From positions 64,001 to 128,000 of the IMG/VR virus record IMGVR_UViG_2839026242_000001: a stretch of 64,000 nucleotides of DNA. The stretch is one strand, 5' to 3'. Made by a program: the position numbers and the translations under genes. The notes under the pieces were generated by a model. That model made no database searches and was not told where the DNA came from. It was given only the letters and a program-made list of their open reading frames with translations. This document shows positions 31,983 through 44,527 of the stretch, one piece after another (the first letter of the stretch is position 1; the number at the start of each line of letters is the position of its first letter). The DNA is from a virus. Lineage: Duplodnaviria > Caudoviricetes.

Positions 31983-33092
31983 CTATTTAAAAATATTAGT
32001 ATTTTCCATAGTATTTATTCTTAGTTCTCGTAATAAAACATCTTCAATAGTGTCATATTCCCAATAAGGTATTCGAATTAACTTCACATTGTTCTCTTTA
32101 CAATAATTGTTTTTAATTTTATCCCTTTTTTGTGTTTCTTTTAGTAATTTTTTAGCCTCCTCTTTTGTTATTCCACCAAAAGTAGTTGGTTTATAGTGTT
32201 GTACCCCATCATATTCAATAAAAATCAGTTCATTATTATAATAAATTACAAAATCAAATATTAGCGGTAATGTATCTCTGCAATCTTCAATCCTAATTTG
32301 TGGTATGTAAAAAATATTATGCTTTTTCAAAACTTCTACTACTTTCTTTTCACCTTTTGAACTTTTACACACTGGACAGCCTTGACCTAGCATAGTTCTA
32401 TGGGCAATTGAAGTGTGCCATTCATAATCACATTCTTTACACTTCCACCATACATACTTCCCGCTTTTAGATGTATACTCAAAAGGACTTTCTTTATTTT
32501 TTACATAGTTCCACTCAGTCAATAGTTCAGGATGTAATATTGCAAAGCAATTATTCTCATATACTCGTTGCCCTGCACAATAAGGACAACCATTGTTGTT
32601 TGATGTTCTGTCGTTAATTCTAGCATTCCACTCATGACCACAAGAGCCAATCCACGATGCGACTATTGATCCACTTGCATATACTTCATCTGGTGATTTA
32701 CTGTTTTTGACTGGATGCCACTCTTTTGCTATCTCTGGGAATTTTTCTAACAAACTTTTCCCCTTTGGAACTTTTTTACTTTTACTCTCAACAATTTTTA
32801 TAGACTTACATTCATCACAACAATCTTTTCCAGTTTCCCCTCTTTTTCTAATGACATTTTGGTATGTTTGGGGATTTTTTAATATCTTATTGCAATAATC
32901 ACATATTTTATGTACTAAAATATGACTATTCTTTGGCAAATGATCCACATTTACATATATTTTTGCTCCCCTTCTATATCTACTTTCTCCCTGTTTATCG
33001 ATATATTTAGGTATTATGTAATTTAACTTTTCATAATATGCTATATTATTTGGTGTTATAGTAACCTCAACTATTTTTTCTAATATTGCCAT
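31983..33092 (-). CDS. Zn-ribbon-repeat protein with a C-terminal PD-(D/E)xK/Vsr-like nuclease (homing-endonuclease-like)
   Basis: Repeated EW...KN...W.C..GHEW...GCP.C; FDF...IEYDG.QH...LIRIPY. Confidence 0.75.
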   Translation of the reverse strand: MAILEKIVEVTITPNNIAYYEKLNYIIPKYIDKQGESRYRRGAKIYVNVDHLPKNSHILVHKICDYCNKILKNPQTYQNVIRKRGETGKDCCDECKSIKIVESKSKKVPKGKSLLEKFPEIAKEWHPVKNSKSPDEVYASGSIVASWIGSCGHEWNARINDRTSNNNGCPYCAGQRVYENNCFAILHPELLTEWNYVKNKESPFEYTSKSGKYVWWKCKECDYEWHTSIAHRTMLGQGCPVCKSSKGEKKVVEVLKKHNIFYIPQIRIEDCRDTLPLIFDFVIYYNNELIFIEYDGVQHYKPTTFGGITKEEAKKLLKETQKRDKIKNNYCKENNVKLIRIPYWEYDTIEDVLLRELRINTMENTNIFK

Positions 33093-33113
33093 ACTTTCTC
33101 CCCTCCCTCATAC

Positions 33114-35567
33114 TTATATCAATATTTTATCTTGCTCTTCCTCCTTACAGATCATAAATGCAACCATTTTCTTAGCATCGTCTAGGCGGTCTGAAGTCTT
33201 CATGCTGTGAACCTCTTGACCATTTTTGAAGATACGGAAACAGCCGAATGATTTCGCAATCATGTATTCGCCATGAATGTATGCTCTGACTATTTCAGTA
33301 TATCGTCCTACATTGATTTCCCGTTTCTCGGTCTGGAATGTGAGGCTGTTCTCGGTCTTGTTCAATTCCTGTTCAATGAATTGCTTCACTTGTTGTTCTT
33401 TGTCTCGTTTAATTTGCCATCTAAAATTACGCATTTTCTTCTTGAACTCTTCGGATAGTTTGACAGCCTCCCCTAGATACTTGTCATATCTATCCTGCAT
33501 TTTGTTATAGCGGCTGACGTTCAATCCCCCTCTACCCGTAACCGCCCATGATGGATTTGATGCACGATGATTTAATATTTTTAGATACTGTTCATAATAA
33601 CGCTTTTTAAAAGATTGTAGATATTTTTTGATGTAGTAAGTCATTCTAGGATCATCCGTTAACGCTAGTACTTCCAATGCTTCGTTCTGGAATTGCTGGA
33701 AGGTTACTGCACAATCCTTTTTATAATCAACTTCAAATAGCGAGGAAGAATGAACCATTCTTTGCAATTCATCGGAAACAGTGTATTTCTCTAGGTCATT
33801 AATATTTATCTCAGGATAAGAATAAGTTTGTTGTTCTTGTGCTGAATCTGTTATAGTGTCGCTGTTATTGAGCATTTGACCGGATAATGACTGTGCAAAG
33901 GCAAGCGCTTTTTCTGATTGTTTAGTGAACCAAATTTTTTTAAACTTTGACCAGCGGAAACCGTTTGTTTTTAGTTGTTCGATGACTTCTTGCGATGGTT
34001 TTTCAGTGAAAGCAATCTCGATACCCTGCAATTGTTGATTGAGTGTAACTGTTATAGCGTTATCTGGTACTTGTTCCGTTTGCTGTTCTTGGTTCTCTTC
34101 ATGTTCCATTGCCTCATGCTGTTCTGGTTGCTGTTCTGCTTCCAAAGGTGTAATTATATTCAAAATATCTACCTTTCTCCAGAGCATGTGTTTTAATTCA
34201 CTGCCCGTAACTTCAATTTCATAAATACCAGCAGAACCGCCATCAGCAGGGAAGCAAGATACAACTTGATATAATTTATTATCATCAATCAATGATTCGT
34301 AGTTATCAGGCAGCGTTTGAGCGTATTTCATAGCCTGTTCTTGCAATTGCAAATGGTACTGTTTCAATAGTTCTTGTTCTTGCTTGGTAGCCTTATCATA
34401 AACAAATCTTTTCTCTAGTTCAGTGGCCTGTTCATTAGTTAACACAATAAGCCCGTTGTCATCTATAGTGCCTGTTATTTCGGCTTGCTGTTCTTGTTCT
34501 ACTTGTACTTGCGTAGGATGTTCTGTTCTCACTTCTTCAATTTTGACAGGTTCTTCACTAAGCACGTACCTAGTGAGGAAATCTCTGCCATGTTCATTTT
34601 GTTCATCTGTTCCCTGTTCGATCATGTAGCTGATGTGTCTCATTACATGCCTTTCTAAGTCATAGCCACTAGTATGTTTGTATTGCAGGTCAATTCTACC
34701 TGTATAGGTGCTTCCATCTGTAAAGGTTATTACAAATTGCGTTTTGTCATATGAACCATCAGAAGGCGCTGACCATGCCATTTCCTGAATGACTTTGTTG
34801 GCTTCTACAATTGTGGAGACTGCGACCGTCTTACAATCCCATTTATAACCCTCTAAACGTGTCACCTGCACAGATTGGATGTGATGCTTTTTCACTGGCT
34901 CTTCTTGCGTTTCTACTTGGTTGTCTGTTTGTTCTTCTTGTTCTGTAGCCTGTTCGACTGTTGACTGTTCTGTTTCTTGTTGTTGATTCATTTTTTTTCG
35001 TGTCTGCTGTACTTGTTCAACAATGACGATATATCCTTCCGCAAGCAATCTTTCTACAGTCTTAGTGGAAAAACTGATGATATTAAATGCTCCAGAGTTA
35101 CCGCTCAATATCTGTCCTTTTTTGCCGATACGCTTCCAAACATATTTATTAGCGTTTTGACCTTCACAAGCGGAAATAGTGTAAATAACTCCTATTGGGA
35201 TTGCGTAAATACTGTTAAATGTCTGAATAGGTTTTACTACTTGGATATAATCACCTTTTTGCAGTTCTTTCCGGTCTGTCTCCTGATATGTATAGACTGT
35301 TTCGTTATCTTTACTTTCTTTAAGTGTCTTGTTAACTTCAGAGATAGCGGAAGTCAATTCCTCCTTGGAAATGATTGTGCCGTATTTATCCATATGGGAG
35401 AATTTAAAGATGTTCAGGCCGTTTTTTGCTCGTGTGCCATCTTTCTTAAGTTTATAGACGAATGCGGTATCATTTTCAATCCAAATGCGGTCAATTTCAA
35501 ACACCCCATTTTCCTTTTTAACTGGACATCCTTTCATTTTTACAATTGTGTCTGTTTGATATTTCAT
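33114..35567 (-). CDS. Large multidomain (polyvalent-type) early protein
   Basis: Several globular segments joined by Q/E-rich linkers; ATG at 35567 follows AAGGAGG. Confidence 0.65.
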   Translation of the reverse strand: MKYQTDTIVKMKGCPVKKENGVFEIDRIWIENDTAFVYKLKKDGTRAKNGLNIFKFSHMDKYGTIISKEELTSAISEVNKTLKESKDNETVYTYQETDRKELQKGDYIQVVKPIQTFNSIYAIPIGVIYTISACEGQNANKYVWKRIGKKGQILSGNSGAFNIISFSTKTVERLLAEGYIVIVEQVQQTRKKMNQQQETEQSTVEQATEQEEQTDNQVETQEEPVKKHHIQSVQVTRLEGYKWDCKTVAVSTIVEANKVIQEMAWSAPSDGSYDKTQFVITFTDGSTYTGRIDLQYKHTSGYDLERHVMRHISYMIEQGTDEQNEHGRDFLTRYVLSEEPVKIEEVRTEHPTQVQVEQEQQAEITGTIDDNGLIVLTNEQATELEKRFVYDKATKQEQELLKQYHLQLQEQAMKYAQTLPDNYESLIDDNKLYQVVSCFPADGGSAGIYEIEVTGSELKHMLWRKVDILNIITPLEAEQQPEQHEAMEHEENQEQQTEQVPDNAITVTLNQQLQGIEIAFTEKPSQEVIEQLKTNGFRWSKFKKIWFTKQSEKALAFAQSLSGQMLNNSDTITDSAQEQQTYSYPEININDLEKYTVSDELQRMVHSSSLFEVDYKKDCAVTFQQFQNEALEVLALTDDPRMTYYIKKYLQSFKKRYYEQYLKILNHRASNPSWAVTGRGGLNVSRYNKMQDRYDKYLGEAVKLSEEFKKKMRNFRWQIKRDKEQQVKQFIEQELNKTENSLTFQTEKREINVGRYTEIVRAYIHGEYMIAKSFGCFRIFKNGQEVHSMKTSDRLDDAKKMVAFMICKEEEQDKILI

Positions 35568-36068
35568 ATGCGACAACCTCCTTTTATACTTACCACCTGA
35601 GAAGGTATTCACCTTCTCAACGCTCAGAGCTTAAGGCGCTGTTTATACTGGCTCTGTCCAGTTGCTTTGTTCTTTACTTTTTCAGGAAACTTGAATAGTT
35701 TTTCTTATGCTTTTTCTCTCGGCGCAACTTAACGTTTATAGCTCTTTTGGCTTTCTTAAGTGTTGGAATGAATTTTCCGTTTGTGTCTTCCACTATGTAG
35801 CCACCTGGGTAATACCAGATGAAATATCCTTTGTAGAACCAGCTATCGAGACATTTCATATTGTATTTCTCCTAATATTTTTATTTATTTTTGGGTGATT
35901 AAAAAATCTTCTCTGACCGATCTACTCCTTTGCGCTATACATTCTTTAACTATCTTTATTATATCAATTATCAAATCTCTGGTCAATATTTTTAATTTTT
36001 ATTTTATACTCATCTAAGAGTTTACAAAGAAGCACATAAACTCTTAGATGAGTTATACACTATTTAAA

Positions 36069-37079
36069 CTACAATTGTCCAATATATTCAGCATACAAAT
36101 TTGATAAAGCAGCCAGTCTCTTTTTGACATTATCCAATTTAACATTGCCTGCACCACAATATTTCCGGTAAGCATCTCCTTTTTTACTTGTCTGAGCATA
36201 ATACTTCAAAAAGTCAATTGTCTTTTGGTCAAAATTATGCTCAACAATAAACCCTGCAAATGATACTAGGTTGATCTTTGTGATAAACTTGTTATACTCG
36301 TTAAAACCGTCTACAAGCATATCAAACGCTTGCTTGGTCTTATTCATCACGCTGTCATCCAAATCTTTATTTTCTTTGAAAAAATCTTCAACATCTCTTG
36401 AAGCAAATGATTTAAAGTCCAATCCACTAGCCAACATTATTGTTTGCAAAACTGCCATTTCTTTATCTGATTTTTTAACTCCTCCAGTTGTAAAATGCGA
36501 AACTTCTGTGAATAACTTATGAGTAGAAACAATTTCACTAACAAATTTTTGTACTTGCTTGCTTGCAGATACAAGGCAAAGATGCTGTCTAGCCATGCTA
36601 ACACCATTGTTCAATCTGTAGAAAATCTTTTCAATGATCTCCTCTTCATCTTCCCCTTCTTGAATTTCAATCGCTTTGATAGTGACAGTATAGCCATTAA
36701 TCTCTTCTTGTACTTCTTCGGGCAGCTCCGAAAATTTCAACCCAGAAATATCATATTCTTCACCAGTAGATTCCAAAACAATTGGAGGCAGGGTATCTAA
36801 CGCCCACAAATCCTGCTTGTATTCATGGATACGAGTCAAACGTTGCTTCCCATCAATGATTGCGTATTTATTTACTTTCTTGCCGTCAACTTCTTCTGAG
36901 AGTTGCACAGCATAAACATCTGGGATAAACATGGTAAGCAATGAGTCAATAAGGAGTGTACTATTAGCAATAGTCCATTGATCTGCTGGGCGTTGCAGCG
37001 GATGGTCAAATGTGATTGTCCCTTTGTTAATCATGGTGCAGATTTGCTTAACATTCCAGCTTACGGATTTTCTCAGCAT
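36069..37079 (-). CDS. DUF262 (ParB-like/GmrSD N-terminal) protein
   Basis: QR...W...LIDS, IIDGKQRL and IFYRLNNG motifs. Confidence 0.8.
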   Translation of the reverse strand: MLRKSVSWNVKQICTMINKGTITFDHPLQRPADQWTIANSTLLIDSLLTMFIPDVYAVQLSEEVDGKKVNKYAIIDGKQRLTRIHEYKQDLWALDTLPPIVLESTGEEYDISGLKFSELPEEVQEEINGYTVTIKAIEIQEGEDEEEIIEKIFYRLNNGVSMARQHLCLVSASKQVQKFVSEIVSTHKLFTEVSHFTTGGVKKSDKEMAVLQTIMLASGLDFKSFASRDVEDFFKENKDLDDSVMNKTKQAFDMLVDGFNEYNKFITKINLVSFAGFIVEHNFDQKTIDFLKYYAQTSKKGDAYRKYCGAGNVKLDNVKKRLAALSNLYAEYIGQL

Positions 37080-40000
37080 ATTACTCGTCTCCTTTTGGGT
37101 TTATATTCTTTCGTAAGTCCCTATACTCTTCAATTTGTTCTCTTTTCCATATAGCCCCACTTGCTAGGTATTGTATTGGCTCGGGAAAAATATATCGGGG
37201 TAGAGATTTTCGCTTACCTTCTAGAAGCTCTTTTCGATATTTTTCCGCGCGTGTTTTGTAAATGTTTACCTGCTGCTTTGACCATCCGAGTAGTTCCGCA
37301 GCTTCCTCTACCCCAACAAGTGGGGGAACTAGTTTCCCAAAATTACAAATGTTTCTGTACTATTTGGGATGTCTGATTCGTCTTCTACATCAATGTAGAA
37401 AAAGTGAGTATGTTTTGTTGGATCTTCCCCTAAGCGCATAGCCCACATCCATTCGAGCTTGATATGTACAAGCATTTTGTCTGAAATCAGATTACGATCT
37501 GGTGGAATAATAGTTACTGTCATTGGATAACTAAAAGGTTTACTATAATAAGCTGAAGCATCAAGAATTTCTTTAAAGTTTCTTTTAATAGCATCAATCA
37601 AATCCAAGCCAGTGAATTTCAAATACTTCCCTGCATCCCCTGCTACATGCCCTTGATGATTTTGATTGCGCATTTTGAACGTTTTCATAACCTATCACCC
37701 TTCGTTTTGTTTTGTTTTACTGTCTATAACAAATATACCATGAGTGTTATATGTTGTCAAACACTAAAATGAAAAAATAATAGATTTTTGATGATTAATA
37801 GTAGCAATCTCGCCCCCTTAGTTAATATCAGATCAATCGAGTAGGAGGGAGCGGCTAACTTCCGTTTGAGTTTTCCCCTAGAGTTGTGTCTATGTTAGGC
37901 GCATGGGAAACAAATAAGCCAGCATAAATGCTGGCTTATTCCCCTTGATGACTGCATGCTCGAATGAACACATTCTTTTAGCGGAAAATAAAAAGACCAG
38001 ACTAATGATTAGACTGGTCTACAAATAATCCGACTCATTCAATTTTACTCCAACTCCTCTAATCCATTTCTTCGCTGCGCTTATCGTCTCAAGTTGTGGC
38101 AATGTGTATTTTAACTTCTCTATTGCCTTTACACTCCAGTTTTCAGGCTCTGCTATCCAATCCCTTTCCCCAGCGTTCCATATGATAAAACCTTTGTATT
38201 TATACTCGCCTTCCCACTTGCTTTTGTGTATCATTTTATTTCTGTCTCCATCGTTTTCTTAATTCCATTATAAGGGATTTTCCCTAAGTTGTAAATATAG
38301 TTTACACATTTTTTTGATTAATAAAAGACTGAATGAAAAAAGACCAGTCATTAGCTGATCTTATCTAAATACACAATCAAGACTTGTATCGTTTCCATGA
38401 CCTAGCTTTATTGCATCTTTCAACAGGTTATATACCGTTAATTCAGCAGTGATATCATCTGAAGTCGCCTCAAATGCAGCGTGATTAAAAGATCTTCTAT
38501 TATCTCCTACATATTTTTGTTCCATATAAAACTTCGCTTGCTGAATTGTTCTTTTCCCATTTAACACAGATGCAATAATTTCATTTACTCCGTTTTCCCA
38601 GTATTTCTTTTTCATTTGAAATGCCTCCTATGTATTTCCTTGTTGATTATATTATAACTGACATCATGACATATTACAACACCTATTTTATATATTTTTG
38701 TTTTTAAAAATCAAAAGAAAAAGCCAGCTTTTAACTGGTAAATATTACTCTTGATTATATTTTAGATATTCCAATTCTTCCTCGTATTCTCTTGCTTCCT
38801 GATCTGGTTCGCATCCTTCGGCTTCGATCACTACAGTTTCTTTATCTTTTTCGTGTTTCAATTGGCTAATTTTCAAGCCCAGTTCGTACTCTCCAGTTAA
38901 AAATGCCTTATGTATTATAATATCTAATAGCTGTTCAAGAGTTAAGCCTTGGGCGACTTCCTTCATTTGTGATTCACTTAAAGTAAGTTTCAATTCCATT
39001 TTTACCGCCTCCAAATATGTATTTCCTTCTTGATTACAATTATAAGGGGTTCGCAAAATGATGTCAATGTTTTTATTTTATATTTTTATTTAAAAAACTA
39101 AAACCAGCCTAGTTTGCTGGTTTTAGTTGATTGAGTTTTTCTACAAGATCATCAATAGCTTTTTTCGCATCCTCTTCTGTGTCAAATGTCCTTCTAAGAC
39201 CTTGCAGTTCGTCCCTTTCTAAGTAAGTTCGAATCAATTTGCGTTCTTCTTTATTCTCAGGATAATCACCAAAAACATCAATCCAATAAACCTCTTCAGA
39301 CAGTCCTTTTGTTATATCAAACAGAGTTTTATTATACTTTTTCAATGTATATTCCTCCTATGTATTATCTTTTAAAGATATTATACCAACTGCCTACAAT
39401 GAAGTCAATATATTTTTATTATTTTTATTTTGTATTTTTCCGATGAAGACCGCTTTTATCTGCTCTTTAGATAACGCCTAATTCTTTATACATGCCCCTA
39501 TAAACGTCCCAGCCTTTTTGGATTGATCCAATTTGACCAACTTTTAATACATGTCCTTTTGTCTTGCTTCTGTAAAGTCTAACGGTTACGGTATCATTGG
39601 TTTTAGCGTATACCGTTCCTTTATTTAAGACAGTGCCGAAAATGCTGTCTGTTTGGTACATTACTTTATCGCCAACTTGTAAAGGTTCAATTTGCGATTT
39701 ATCAAGTATATTTTTAATTAAATCGACATCTAAACTATATTTATTAGCGTATTCAATGGCTTTTTCGTATGGGATATTAGGCAAGCACCAATTTTCCCAA
39801 TGTCCACGAAATTCGACGAATTTATTTAGATTTATATCATATACTGGAACATTGTTTTGCTTCATGTCTGTATTGATTTCCTGTCTAATTTGCTTGTATT
39901 CCTCATCAGTTTTATTATATACGTTGATCCGCGCAATTTTATTGTACATATGTATTACCTCCATTTATTCTTAATCGAATTAAAAATTCTTTTATTGGGG

Positions 40001-43000
40001 AAAAGAAAAGCCACAATTTTATGAGTGGCTCATTCAAACATATGTGCATATTCTTTATTTGTCCATTCCTTGGCCTCTTTTGCAGTGTCAAATTGAGCAA
40101 CTACTTTTCTCTCATATCTTTGGTCAAAAGGTTTATTATCGTCTTTTGTTGATTTTATTACAAGGTAAGCGTCAATTGTTTTTGAGGGTTCAATCCACAT
40201 TGTAATATTTTCATTTACTGTTTCCCGATAGAAGGCATACTTTTTAACTTTGCTTACATTCCCTTTAAATTGTGAGCTACTTTGCATTTTATTCCATCCA
40301 TATTTATCTGCCATTTTAACCGCCTCCTAAGTATTTCCCTATGATTCTATTATAAAGGATAAATGCTATATATGTCAAGCTTTTTATTATTTTTATTTTT
40401 ATTACATCCAATAAAAACCGATTTGATGAGAAAAAGGGAAGAGACTGCATAAAGCAGTCTCTTACAATTCGTCAAGTTGTCTGTAAAGCTCTTCAAGCCC
40501 TTTTTCCATGTTTGCCCTAATAACTTGATCTTGTGTTTCCCAGATGGCAGATTTCAAGTCTTTAATTTGTTTTATGATTTGAGATTTTTTGTTAATCATT
40601 TTGATTTCCTCCATTTCAATTATATGTTTTATGATTAAGCTTTGTATTTCTTCAGGAATGTTTTACATTTCTTGAGTGTTGCTTTTCCTTCATCTTCATC
40701 ATCATTGTAGCTGCTGCCGCCTGATTGGATCATGTCTATTATGTATTTTGCCTCTTCGATTGCTTCAGATAGTGTAAAGTTTTCGTTGCCCACTTCAATG
40801 AATCGACTTTCGATTTCATATGGTACATGCTTTTTCCATGTGTCAGTGTTTGTTTTTGCCATTTATCATTTCCCCCTTTAATTTATCTTTAATTATATTA
40901 AACCATGCCATTTTATAGTTGTCAACTATTTTTATTATTTTTATTTTTAATACATCCAATAAAAACCGATTTCATGTCAAAAAGAAAAAGAGCAGTTTTT
41001 TCGCTGCTCTTTCCAGTTCCTTATTTACTTTCCACAATATAAACCCTATTCCCTTTATCCTCCGTCTTTTCAATCGTAGAAAGCTGGATACCGTTACTGT
41101 AGGCGATAAGAACATCTGCATTCTGGTCACATTTCGAGAGTTGCTCAATCAATTCTGCAACTGTCATTTTAAATTCCTCCCTATGTTTTCATATCTTGTT
41201 TATTCGCTACTTATTACTTATTTCCTCTTGTTTACATTATATACGATGTCTTTTCGTGTACGTAAGTTATTTATTATTTTTATTTTGTATTTTTCCGACG
41301 CTTTTATCTGGTTAGAATTAATACCTTTATGTCTGTAAATTAATTCTCTGTTGGGTGTCATTATTGTGTATCCCAATTTAACCATTTGTTTTTTATTACA
41401 TTGCTCAATAAAACTTTGTACATCCTCTATATCATGCTCACGTATTGAAACGGCACCGTTTGCTAAATCTACCGTAAGAATTACTTTCATCATTATCACT
41501 CCATTTATTTTAGTTTTATAAATCGAAATCAACCGCTTTTATCTGGTTTCCTTAAATCTATAACTTGTGTATTCTCCAAACTGTTTTATTCTTACACATT
41601 CATTTACTGTACCATTTGCTCTAAAAATATCGCCAACATTCCATTTTGTGCTACTAGGCATTACAACCTTTTTACCTTTAATAAAAACAGTCATTGCAGC
41701 ATTCATTTTACATACCTCCATTTATTTTATAAAAAACCGCCTTTAATTGTTTAGTGTATTAGTTGATAATTCCAACTTCAAAGCAAGATCAATAATTTTA
41801 TTTTTGATTTCAGTATGGAAGTAATACTTTTGAAACAATCTTTCCATATCTGATTTATTGTCGCTATAATTTGGATCACGTTTTACTACTTCATGCGCCC
41901 AATTGATTAATTTTTGTTCGGCCTCAATCATATTAGATAATGCTGAAGTATAGCCAAGACTATTTTCAATTTCTCGTAATTTCTCCCCATATTCTTTGCG
42001 ACTGGCACAAGTTTCTTTTAACTTTCTTTCTGCTACAATTCGTTTTACTTCATTGTCGATAGCGTCAAATTGTATTTTTGCTTGGATATAGTTGAATTGT
42101 TCTTGACTGTACTTCATATGTATTCCTCCTCATTATTTTAGATTAATGTCCAATCAACCTTTGATTTCCATTCAATTTCCAATGCTTTAGCAATCATATT
42201 AGCAAATGATTCTGCTTGCTGTTTATTGATGGCTGTAAGTGTTGTATAGATTCCTTTTGGATGTTCCTTGTTATCTTTAAAGTGTACTTGAAATTCTTTA
42301 AACATTTTATTCCTCCTTTCTTTGAATAAAATAGTCATTTGATGGGAAGAGTGATTACCCTTCCCAATCTATTTCTGTCGCATCTTCTAAAGAGCTTATA
42401 AGTCCATTTAAGCATAGACATTCATGATGGATTGAATCTTATAAGCTGCCTCCTTTGCTTCTTCAAGCGTTTTAAAACGTTTTGGGGCTCCATATTCAGA
42501 CAATGTAATTTCCCGTACTTCTTTAGCGTCTTCATTGTCCAACATTGCGATGAATACAGGGTCAACCAGAAGTTCATTATTTTTTAAAACTTTTACACTT
42601 CCGAAATGATGGATTGTAATGTTAGCGTTGATTTTCTTTTCGCCAACTTTCCGGAAATCACCATCGTCATCTGTGCAGTATGTAACCTGCTCAATGATTG
42701 CTTTGCAGCACTTACACACTTTAAATTGCTCCACAATGTCATAAGAAGATCCGAAATCTACATGGTCAAATGTAGTTGTATGTTTGTGAGGACACGAGCT
42801 GAACGTACTATGAACGTTTAGAATATCACCCACAAACCATTTATTCAGACTGATAAACATGGCAGGAAGTTCATACCAACCCAAAACTTGATAATCATCG
42901 CCAGAAAACAATTGAATGTCTGTAGTAGAGAAAGTTTCAACTTCCTCTGAAACATGACAGAAATGAGCAATCATTTGATCTCCTTCGACAGAAAGAGCAA

Positions 43001-43201
43001 ATGGAGCAGTTTCTCCAGAAATTTCAATGTAACCACGGGCAATGACATTATCAAGCTTCATCGCATTTTACCTCCCATACATGTGTTTGCTAACTTCTTA
43101 TTTATATTTTAATATAATACTTGTTATTTTTCAATAGTTTTATTTTATTTTTTTATAACTGCCTCATTCAAATAAACGACTGTTAATCGCAGTGATTCAT
43201 G

Positions 43202-43345
43202 TCACCCATCCCTTTTTTTATCTATTACTTGCTTTGCTTCCTCCATTGTACTGTAAAATTCTCCGTTTGTATCCTCTACTACATACCCTTTTGGATACAG
43301 CCAAATAAAGTAATCTTTATAAATCCAGCTATTCAAGCACTTCAT
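43202..43345 (-). CDS. 47-aa protein (MKCLNSWIYKDYFIWLYPKGYVVEDTNG...), paralog of 35674-35859
   Basis: Translated by hand; AGGAG RBS; not in the ORF track. Confidence 0.7.
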   Translation of the reverse strand: MKCLNSWIYKDYFIWLYPKGYVVEDTNGEFYSTMEEAKQVIDKKRDG

Positions 43346-43687
43346 GGTAAAACTCTCCTTTTGTTGTACTTGATTTTATAATAAAGTTGAATAATTATCT
43401 TTCTCGTCCAGTTTCTTTGTCAAAGTATTCCCATGCCATTGCCCATCGTTCGACAGGAATATTCTTCAATGCATCTCGATCATGATAACCGTCATCAGTC
43501 AAGTGATCGATAACATGTTCGCCATCCTCAAGAAGTTTTTCAGATGGCGTTCCAACCCAATCGGCAAATCTTGCAACGAGCAGTTGACCAAGTTCTTTAG
43601 CGGAAATTTCAAAAGTTACATTGAACTCTTTCCAGGTTTTCATTATCGTTCTCCTATTCTTTTAAAGAATTTGGCAGTGATTATGTA

Positions 43688-44527
43688 TTAATCTACATTC
43701 AATTTTACAATCAGATTGCCTTTAATACAATTGATTGCATCACGCATAAACTGGTTATCAAAACTGCCATATTTAGACTGTCTTACACTAATAAGATCAT
43801 CACGCTTATTGAGGTTATACGTTAGGTTCTCAACGTCAATATCGATCCATCCATCATAGATTAACAACTTATCTTTGGGTAAAATGATGTTAACATACTG
43901 ATTACGCTTGCGTTTATGTTTGTGAACAATGTGCAATGACTCGCTATATTGAGCGTATGGCTTGACTGTGGCGCTATTAATAACTGTATTGATAACTACG
44001 GGAAATCCGAATTCCGAGAATTTTACAATGGTGACTTTCCTACCCTCAGTAAGTTGCTCTAGTGCTTCTCTAAACTCACCATTGGTATAGTATTTATATT
44101 GCATGAGCAAACTTCCCAAATTGAGCATATTTTCCTTTTCAGCAGCGTCAATCAATTCATCAGTGGCTATAATTCTACATTCTTTCATTTTTTTAAAGAA
44201 AAACTCTTTTGCTTGTGCTTTTTGTTCACTTGTCATCATTCCATATGTAATGCCGTTACCTACTTCAATACAAATCCCTGCAAGCATATCAGACAATTCA
44301 TCCACTTGTTGATTCATGTCCATTCCTTCAAGGGATGGTATCGCACTTTCACCCTCTTTTTGTGCTTGTTCATCAATAAATGCATTAGCTTCACCGATCA
44401 ATGCAAATACCTTTTGTGGCTCACTTGCTTCCCCAAAAAACTCAAGTCCACCATCAATTTCAATGTAAACTTTGGTTACTGTTTGTTGGGTGATTTTATT
44501 GTATTGTTCTTCTTTGACGATTCTCAT
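43688..44527 (-). CDS. Hypothetical early protein
   Basis: ORF track, 279 aa, RBS present. Confidence 0.6.
   Translation of the reverse strand: MRIVKEEQYNKITQQTVTKVYIEIDGGLEFFGEASEPQKVFALIGEANAFIDEQAQKEGESAIPSLEGMDMNQQVDELSDMLAGICIEVGNGITYGMMTSEQKAQAKEFFFKKMKECRIIATDELIDAAEKENMLNLGSLLMQYKYYTNGEFREALEQLTEGRKVTIVKFSEFGFPVVINTVINSATVKPYAQYSESLHIVHKHKRKRNQYVNIILPKDKLLIYDGWIDIDVENLTYNLNKRDDLISVRQSKYGSFDNQFMRDAINCIKGNLIVKLNVD

Noticed and set aside
37800-37945. Possible sRNA in a GC-richer intergenic stretch
   Set aside because: Only one clear terminator-like hairpin; no convincing promoter or recognisable family.
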